DNA from: a virus
Lineage: Duplodnaviria; Caudoviricetes
DNA: 62,810 bases
IMG/VR virus record: IMGVR_UViG_3300025652_007521
Coordinates: 1-62,810 of that record
Strand: one strand, 5' to 3'
Made by a program: the position numbers and the translations under genes. The notes under the pieces were generated by a model, which made no database searches, was not told the origin of the DNA, and saw only the letters and a program-made list of their open reading frames with translations. Shown here piece after piece: positions 56,859 through 62,810 of this stretch. The stretch's first letter is position 1. Each line of letters opens with the position of its first letter.

Positions 56859-57619
56859 TGTTTGGTTCTCATTTCTATCATGCTACGGTTCGTAAATCAG
56901 TTGCTGTCTTTGGAACAATGTTTAATAACATTACAATTGCTCGTAAGAAAGGTGATGGATCTCTCATTAATCAACAGAAGGTTCCATTAGCTTATGGCCC
57001 TAAACAAAAGTTTTTATCTCGTCTAGACTCATTAACTGGTCAAGATGCGTCTGTTGCTTTAAAGCTTCCTCGTATGTCTTTTGAGATAACTAGTATAGAA
57101 TTAGATACAACTAAAAAGCTTGGTAAAAGAACAACTATAACTGAACCAGGAACTACAGGTACTACGACTCAACGTAATGTAATTAAGCAATTTGCTCCAT
57201 ATAATATTAATATGCAACTTAATATCATGGCTAAAAATCAGGATGATGGATTGCAGATTTTAGAACAAATACTACCATATTTCCAGCCTGAATATACTTT
57301 ATCTATTAAACCAGTAGACGAATTTGCTTCGTTTAAACAAGACGTACCTATTATTTTAAATGGTGTATCATTTGATGATCAGTATGAAGGTGATTACCAG
57401 TCTCGAAGAGTATTAATTTACAGCTTAGATTTTACAATGAAAATGTCATTCTATGGTCCGGTTGGTGATAATAAAGTTATTAGAGAAGTTAATATTGACT
57501 TTAATCAATCAGCTCAAAGCGCCAATAATATATCTGAAATGGATATAACTATAGGAAATAACGATACCGAATCGAGCTTTACAGTAACAACTAATATTGA
57601 TTTAACTGACTTTGATTAA
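56858..57619 (+). CDS. gp15: Tail sheath stabilizer/terminator gp15
   Basis: FYH...RK.V..FG..FNNI, VPLAYGPKQKFL, LPRMSFE, QILEQILPYFQP, DVPI.L. Confidence 0.95.
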   Translation: MFGSHFYHATVRKSVAVFGTMFNNITIARKKGDGSLINQQKVPLAYGPKQKFLSRLDSLTGQDASVALKLPRMSFEITSIELDTTKKLGKRTTITEPGTTGTTTQRNVIKQFAPYNINMQLNIMAKNQDDGLQILEQILPYFQPEYTLSIKPVDEFASFKQDVPIILNGVSFDDQYEGDYQSRRVLIYSLDFTMKMSFYGPVGDNKVIREVNIDFNQSAQSANNISEMDITIGNNDTESSFTVTTNIDLTDFD

Positions 57620-57621
57620 TT

Positions 57622-58047
57622 ATGTTTGATAAAAAAGATACACTAAAAAAATCATTAGAAAAAAATCTACCAGCTGAAACTAAACACGCTGAGGTAGATA
57701 AAGAGCTTACGTCTAAGAAAGATATAAATGATGATTATACTTTCTCAAGAGATACTTACAAAGAACTCATAAGTACAGGTATGGGATCACTAGATTCTCT
57801 TGCCGAAATTGCTCGTGAATCAGAACACCCCCGAGCATTTGAAGTATTATCAAAATCAATTAAAGACATTGGTGATGTAACTGATAAGCTGATGTCATTA
57901 CAAAAGAGTAAGCAAGACTTAGTAGGTAAAAAAGAAGAACAAAGTAAAGTAACTAATAATAATATGTTTATAGGTAGCACTACTGATTTACAGAGAATGC
58001 TCTTAGACACTGACGAAAAAGTGATTGATGGCGACATTAAAGAATAA
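57622..58047 (+). CDS. gp16: Terminase small subunit gp16
   Basis: DY..SR.....LI..G, A.ESEHPRAFEV, NNN.F.GST.DLQ..L. Confidence 0.93.
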   Translation: MFDKKDTLKKSLEKNLPAETKHAEVDKELTSKKDINDDYTFSRDTYKELISTGMGSLDSLAEIARESEHPRAFEVLSKSIKDIGDVTDKLMSLQKSKQDLVGKKEEQSKVTNNNMFIGSTTDLQRMLLDTDEKVIDGDIKE

Positions 58048-59635
58048 TGAATTTGGTTATCTTGGAAATCCTAATGTAAAGAGAGACGGAGTCGAGGCTC
58101 AGTTTACACTTGAGGAAATCAAAGAATATAAAAAATGTATGCAGGATCCTGCGTACTTTGCAAAAACTTACGTTAAGATTATATCACTCGATGAAGGACT
58201 AGTTCCCTTTAATCTATATGATTATCAGGAAAAGATGTTTAATCATTTTAACGATAATCGATTTTCAATTGTATTGGCATGTCGTCAGTCTGGTAAATCG
58301 ATATCATCAGTAGCGTATCTACTGTGGTTTACAATCTTTAATCCGGAAAAGACTATTGCCATACTTGCAAACAAAGGTGCTACTGCAAGAGAGATGTTAG
58401 CTCGAGTTACTCTTATGTTAGAGAACTTACCATTCTTTTTGCAGCCAGGTTGTAAGGCATTAAACAAGGGTTCTATAGAATTTAGTAATAACTCAAAGAT
58501 TATTGCAGCTGCTACGTCTGGTAGTTCTATTCGTGGTCTATCGATTAACTTACTGTTTCTTGATGAGTTTGCTTTTATTGACAATGATGCTACATTCTAT
58601 ACATCAACGTACCCAGTAGTATCATCTGGTAAAGATACAAAGATTATTATTACTTCTACAGCAAATGGTATTGGTAATGTATACCATAAACTGTGGGAAG
58701 GAGCTGTCACAAAGACAAATGAGTTTAAACCTTTTCGTGTAGATTGGTGGGATGTTCCAGGGCGAGATGATAAGTGGAAAGAGCAAACAATTGCCAATAC
58801 TTCTCAGATACAGTTTGATCAGGAGTTTGGTAATACATTTCAGGGTAGAGGTAATAGCCTTATATCTGCAGAATGTTTACTTGCTCAAAAGGCTCAAGAT
58901 CCAATATATACACAAGAGAATACATATGTTTATGAAAGACCGATAGAAGGTCATAATTATATTATGTGTGTCGATGTTGCGAAAGGTAGAGGGCAAGATT
59001 ATTCAACCTTTAATATTATAGACACATCAGTCAATCCGTTTAAACAGGTTGCAACATTTAGAGATAATAATCTATCAGCATTATTATTTCCTGATATTAT
59101 ATACAAGTATGCTATGACATACAATGAAGCATATATCATTGTAGAATCAAACGATCAAGGTAGTGTTGTATGTAATGGTTTATATTATGATTTAGAATAC
59201 GAAAACTTATTTGTAGAATCAACTGTGAAAGCTGGTGCAATTGGTGCTACAATGACTAAACGTGTAAAACGTATCGGTTGTTCTACATTAAAGGATTTTG
59301 TTGAGCAAAAGAAATTGCATATTGTAGACGCAAACACAATTATGGAGATGAGTACATTCGAAGCAAGAGGTACATCGTTTCAAGCATCGGGTAGTAATCA
59401 TGATGACTTAGTAATGAACCTAGTCATGTTTGCATGGTTTGCTACAACGGATATATTTAATGGTATAACTGATATTGATATGAAGAATATGTTATACAAA
59501 GAGCAGCTGCAAGCGATACAAGATGATTTAATACCGTTTGGTTTTATAACAAGTGCAGCTGTAGACGAACCAGTAGTGGAAGTAGATAATACAGGGCAAC
59601 AATGGGTTGTCCAAGAGCCTATCTCGAAACTATAA
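58028..59635 (+). CDS. gp17: Terminase large subunit gp17
   Basis: YLGNPN.K, Walker A RQSGKS, LFLDEFAF, STANG, F.QEF, DVAKGRGQDYS, HDDLVM. Confidence 0.97.
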   Translation: MATLKNNEFGYLGNPNVKRDGVEAQFTLEEIKEYKKCMQDPAYFAKTYVKIISLDEGLVPFNLYDYQEKMFNHFNDNRFSIVLACRQSGKSISSVAYLLWFTIFNPEKTIAILANKGATAREMLARVTLMLENLPFFLQPGCKALNKGSIEFSNNSKIIAAATSGSSIRGLSINLLFLDEFAFIDNDATFYTSTYPVVSSGKDTKIIITSTANGIGNVYHKLWEGAVTKTNEFKPFRVDWWDVPGRDDKWKEQTIANTSQIQFDQEFGNTFQGRGNSLISAECLLAQKAQDPIYTQENTYVYERPIEGHNYIMCVDVAKGRGQDYSTFNIIDTSVNPFKQVATFRDNNLSALLFPDIIYKYAMTYNEAYIIVESNDQGSVVCNGLYYDLEYENLFVESTVKAGAIGATMTKRVKRIGCSTLKDFVEQKKLHIVDANTIMEMSTFEARGTSFQASGSNHDDLVMNLVMFAWFATTDIFNGITDIDMKNMLYKEQLQAIQDDLIPFGFITSAAVDEPVVEVDNTGQQWVVQEPISKL

Positions 59636-59647
59636 ATATTATAAATA
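59631..59647 (+). promoter_or_regulatory. Tandem T4-type late promoters for gp18
   Basis: TATAAATA at 59631-38 and 59640-47. Confidence 0.8.
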
Positions 59648-59710
59648 ATAGTAATTGAGTAAGTATCGTATTATGAACACACACTATTTAACCTTTGAGA
59701 GGATATAAAG

Positions 59711-61435
59711 ATGGCATTTCAAGTCTCGCCCGGCGTCGAGGTAAAAGAAATCGACGCAACAAATGTGATTCCTGCGGTATCTACTAGTATAGGTGGGTCA
59801 GTCGGATTTTTCACAAAGGGTCCCGTTGATACTCCAATTACTGTTAGTTCGGAAAAACAGTTAGTGGAAACCTTCGGTGAACCTACTGCAGCAACATTTA
59901 AATATTTTGGCCCAATGGCGGCTTTCCTAAAATACGGAAACGCGCTGAAAGTAATAAGAGTTGAAGGAGCTGAAGCTCTTAATGCAGCTGGTACAGCTGC
60001 TGCGGGTGATGCTACAGCTCAACTTATTAAAACTAAGGACGCATTTGATGCACTAACTCTTGCAGAGACTGCAGGTGATTTTATTGCACGTTCGCCTGGT
60101 GTTGAAGGTAATGCAATAGATGTACACGTTTGTCTAGCAAACAGTACTTCATTTACTGCATGGACCCATAAAGCACTATTTTCAAGAGCTCCTGGAACTT
60201 CAAACTTTGCAGTATCAAAGGGTAACGCTGACGCGGCCGATGAGCTACATATTGCAGTAGTTGATAGAACAGGCGTAATTAGTGGAGTCCCAGGAACAGT
60301 TTTAGAAACATTTGAGGCACTAAGTCAAGGTACTAATGCTAAAAATGACGATGGTTCTACTAATTTCTTTAAAGATGTTGTTAATTCAAAGTCACAATAT
60401 ATCTATGCAGGTTATACTGGTGCGGCATGGCTAAATGGTACTGCTGCAATACCAGCACAGATTACACAAGATAGCACATCATATACTGCAGCTGCAGATA
60501 CAGCTCCTCTGGTAGTCGCATTGAGCTTAGGCGTAGCTGGTACTATAGCAAATACGGCAGTAGTAACTGGCTTAGATTTGTTAAAAGACGCAGAAACACT
60601 TGATGTTAATTTGCTTTTTGCTACTGCGGATTTATCAACAGAAAGTGCTGCAATTGCTATTAAACTTCAAGAGGTAGCAGAGCATCGTAAAGATTGTGTT
60701 GCTTTTGTATCTCCTCCAGTGTCGTTAACAGATGGTAGTAGTGCTATTTCTGCAGATACAATTGCATCTGATGCTACGCTTTCTGGTCGTAATTCATCAT
60801 ATGTTATACTAGATTCAACTTCTGTTAAAGTATATGATAAATATACCGATACGTATCGATTCATAAACGCTTCTGGTCATATAGCTGGTCTTTGTGCTAA
60901 TACTGATCGTGTTGCTGATGCTTGGTTCTCACCAGCTGGTGAAACTCGTGGTCAACTCTTAGGAGTAACCAAATTAGGCTTTAATCCTAATAAAGCTGAG
61001 CGTGATACATTATATAAAGCAAGCGTTAACCCGCTAGTTTCATTCCCAGGACAAGGGACAATGTTGTTCGGTGATAAAACTTCACAATTCCGTGCTTCTG
61101 CATTCGATCGAATTAATGTTCGTCGATTGTTTATTGTTTTGGAAAAAGCAATTTCAACTGCATCTAAGAGCATGTTATTTGAATTTAACGATGAGTTTAC
61201 CCGCGCAAACTTCCGTAACATGGTAGAACCATTCTTGCGTGATGTTAAGGGCCGTCGCGGTATTACTGATTTCTTGGTAATTTGTGATGAAACAAATAAC
61301 ACTGGTAATGTTATTGATAGTAACCAATTCGTTGCTGATATATTCATTAAACCAGCTCGATCAATTAACTTTATTAAATTAAACTTTATCGCCACGCGTA
61401 CTGGTGTTGAGTTTAGTGAAATCGCTGGACAATAG
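59711..61435 (+). CDS. gp18: Tail sheath protein gp18
   Basis: FQVSPGV.V.EID, WFSPAG..RG, FDRINVRRLF, FEFND.FTR, IKPARSINFI.LNF.ATRTGV.F.E. Confidence 0.97.
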   Translation: MAFQVSPGVEVKEIDATNVIPAVSTSIGGSVGFFTKGPVDTPITVSSEKQLVETFGEPTAATFKYFGPMAAFLKYGNALKVIRVEGAEALNAAGTAAAGDATAQLIKTKDAFDALTLAETAGDFIARSPGVEGNAIDVHVCLANSTSFTAWTHKALFSRAPGTSNFAVSKGNADAADELHIAVVDRTGVISGVPGTVLETFEALSQGTNAKNDDGSTNFFKDVVNSKSQYIYAGYTGAAWLNGTAAIPAQITQDSTSYTAAADTAPLVVALSLGVAGTIANTAVVTGLDLLKDAETLDVNLLFATADLSTESAAIAIKLQEVAEHRKDCVAFVSPPVSLTDGSSAISADTIASDATLSGRNSSYVILDSTSVKVYDKYTDTYRFINASGHIAGLCANTDRVADAWFSPAGETRGQLLGVTKLGFNPNKAERDTLYKASVNPLVSFPGQGTMLFGDKTSQFRASAFDRINVRRLFIVLEKAISTASKSMLFEFNDEFTRANFRNMVEPFLRDVKGRRGITDFLVICDETNNTGNVIDSNQFVADIFIKPARSINFIKLNFIATRTGVEFSEIAGQ

Positions 61436-61447
61436 GAGTAAATAAAA

Positions 61448-61975
61448 ATGGCTATTTTAGGTGTAGATGACTTTAAGTCAAAACTAACAGGAGGTGGTGC
61501 TCGCGCCAACATGTTCAAGGTAACATGTAACTTTCCTGGTTATGCGCAGGGTGATGTAGAACTTACTTCATTTATGTGTAAAGGTGCTCAGTTACCAGCT
61601 TCGATAATTGCACCGATCACGATTCCGTTTCGTGGTCGTCAATTACAAATTGCCGGTGATCGTACATTCGAACCATGGACTATCACTGTAATTAATGATG
61701 GTGAGTTCAGTGTAAGAAATGCGTTTGAGCGATGGATGAATGGTATCAATGAACATAATAATAATGCAGGTCTTGTTAATCCTGTTGATTATCAAGCTGA
61801 TATGATTGTTGAGCAATTACGTAGAGATGGTAGTGTTTCAAAGCGCTATGATTTCCGAGGTACTTGGCCAACGAATATCTCTGCAATTGATGTTAACTAT
61901 GATTCAGAGAATGCTATCGAAGAGTTTACAGTTGAGCTACAAGTTCAATACTGGGAATCAGATACCACTTCTTAA
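61448..61975 (+). CDS. gp19: Tail tube protein gp19
   Basis: FK..L.GGGAR.N.F, PFRGR.L..AGDRTFE.WT.T..ND, IEEFTV....QYW. Confidence 0.97.
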   Translation: MAILGVDDFKSKLTGGGARANMFKVTCNFPGYAQGDVELTSFMCKGAQLPASIIAPITIPFRGRQLQIAGDRTFEPWTITVINDGEFSVRNAFERWMNGINEHNNNAGLVNPVDYQADMIVEQLRRDGSVSKRYDFRGTWPTNISAIDVNYDSENAIEEFTVELQVQYWESDTTS

Positions 61976-61981
61976 TTGGTG

Positions 61982-61989
61982 TATAAATA
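61982..61989 (+). promoter_or_regulatory. T4-type late promoter for portal
   Basis: TATAAATA between gp19 and gp20. Confidence 0.8.
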
Positions 61990-61996
61990 ATATAGT

Positions 61997-62030
61997 GAGG
62001 GGAATTTCCTTCCCCTCCATTATTATGGAG
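61997..62030 (+). promoter_or_regulatory. Overlapping hairpins in the gp20 leader
   Basis: GAGGGGAA/TTCCCCTC (61997-62017) and CTCCAT/ATGGAG (62015-62030); the second covers the GGAG RBS. Confidence 0.55.
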
Positions 62031-62040
62031 ATTATTAGAC

Positions 62041-62810
62041 ATGGCTGAGTTTTTTGGCTTTGAGATAAAAAGAAAAGATGCAGATGCTACTGAGAAACCT
62101 TCAGTAAAGACCTTTGTCGCCAATGCGGAAGAGGACGGCGCAGGTGTCATTAAGGCTGCAGGGCATTTTGGATCCTATTTAGATTTAGAAGGCAATAATC
62201 AAAAGAACGAAGCGGACTTAATTCTTAAGTACCGTGATATTGCATCGCATCCAGAATGTGATACTGCAATTGAAGATATTGTAAATGATGCAATTATTGG
62301 TGATCATGATTCATCACCTGTTGATGTTGTATTAGACAAAGTAGAGACCTCTGATGCTATTAAAGAGACAATCAGAGAAGAATTTGATAATATTTTGACA
62401 ATGCTAAACTTTAGTCAGCATGGTCATGATATATTTAAAAAGTGGTATATCGATGGACGGTTACCATATCATATTGTAATTGATTCGAATGCCCCAAAGA
62501 AAGGTATTCAAGACTTACGATATATTGATCCCATTATGCTTCGTAAAGTAAAGGAAGTAACAGAAGAAAAGGATCCAAAAACTGGTGCAACTCTAGTAAA
62601 AGGTGCAAAAGAGTTTTTCATATATAGTGATCCTGAAGATACTGCTGATGCAAGTGGTCGTCAGTCTGGTCTGAAAATACATAAAGATTCGATTGCATAT
62701 TGTACATCAGGTATGTTAGATCCAAGCCGTAAACGTATTCTTTCGTACTTACAAAAGGCAGTTAAACCAGTTAATCAGCTTCGTATGATGGAAGATTCAT
62801 TGGTAATCTA
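62041..62810 (+). CDS. gp20: Portal vertex protein gp20 (5' part, truncated by the window end)
   Basis: Not in the track because it has no stop in the window. Reads MAEFFGFEIKRK...LILKYRDIASHPECDTAIEDIVN...KWYIDGRL.YH...LRYIDP...KAVKPVNQLRMMEDSLVI. Confidence 0.96.
   Translation, partial: MAEFFGFEIKRKDADATEKPSVKTFVANAEEDGAGVIKAAGHFGSYLDLEGNNQKNEADLILKYRDIASHPECDTAIEDIVNDAIIGDHDSSPVDVVLDKVETSDAIKETIREEFDNILTMLNFSQHGHDIFKKWYIDGRLPYHIVIDSNAPKKGIQDLRYIDPIMLRKVKEVTEEKDPKTGATLVKGAKEFFIYSDPEDTADASGRQSGLKIHKDSIAYCTSGMLDPSRKRILSYLQKAVKPVNQLRMMEDSLVI

Noticed and set aside
58028-61435. Inteins or introns in terminase or sheath
   Set aside because: Lengths are ordinary, the motifs are contiguous, and no splicing motifs were seen.
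828-62150. Many minus-strand and nested ORFs in the track (for example 10970..11488, 38308..39006, 60952..61518)
   Set aside because: All overlap well-supported + strand genes, lack RBS or motifs, and are the expected shadow frames of biased codon usage.
1-62810. tRNA, rRNA or CRISPR arrays
   Set aside because: Intergenic gaps are short, and none shows a cloverleaf or regularly spaced direct repeats by eye.

Overview
A 62.8 kb, AT-rich piece of a T4-like myovirus genome, probably from a marine or other aquatic phage. All credible genes are on the + strand. It opens with the end of an accessory module (a CHASE2 adenylate cyclase) and small early genes behind sigma70-type promoters. Next come gp33, a cytidylyltransferase, dsbA, gp59 and gp32, then a structured RNA and short-peptide island. 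The late virion block follows: gp4, gp2, gp54-like, gp26/gp51, tape measure, gp48, gp53, hub, gp5, PAAR, gp25, gp6, gp7, gp8, VrlC-like protein, a 3350-aa fibre, further fibres with six tandem paralogous small proteins, gp13-gp19 and the start of portal gp20. Main signals: (1) an in-phase U-UUU-UUU slippery site that would fuse gp26 to gp51 by -1 frameshift just upstream of the tape measure, as in lambda G/GT; (2) a stand-alone unit with a structured leader, a 19-aa YRG peptide and a terminator, next to a pseudoknot-like RNA after gp32; (3) a well-formed early promoter on the minus strand with no gene behind it; (4) late promoters placed exactly 5 nt before ATG, implying leaderless mRNAs; (5) a phage-encoded membrane receptor adenylate cyclase. 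All protein calls come from motif recognition and gene order, with no database searches.
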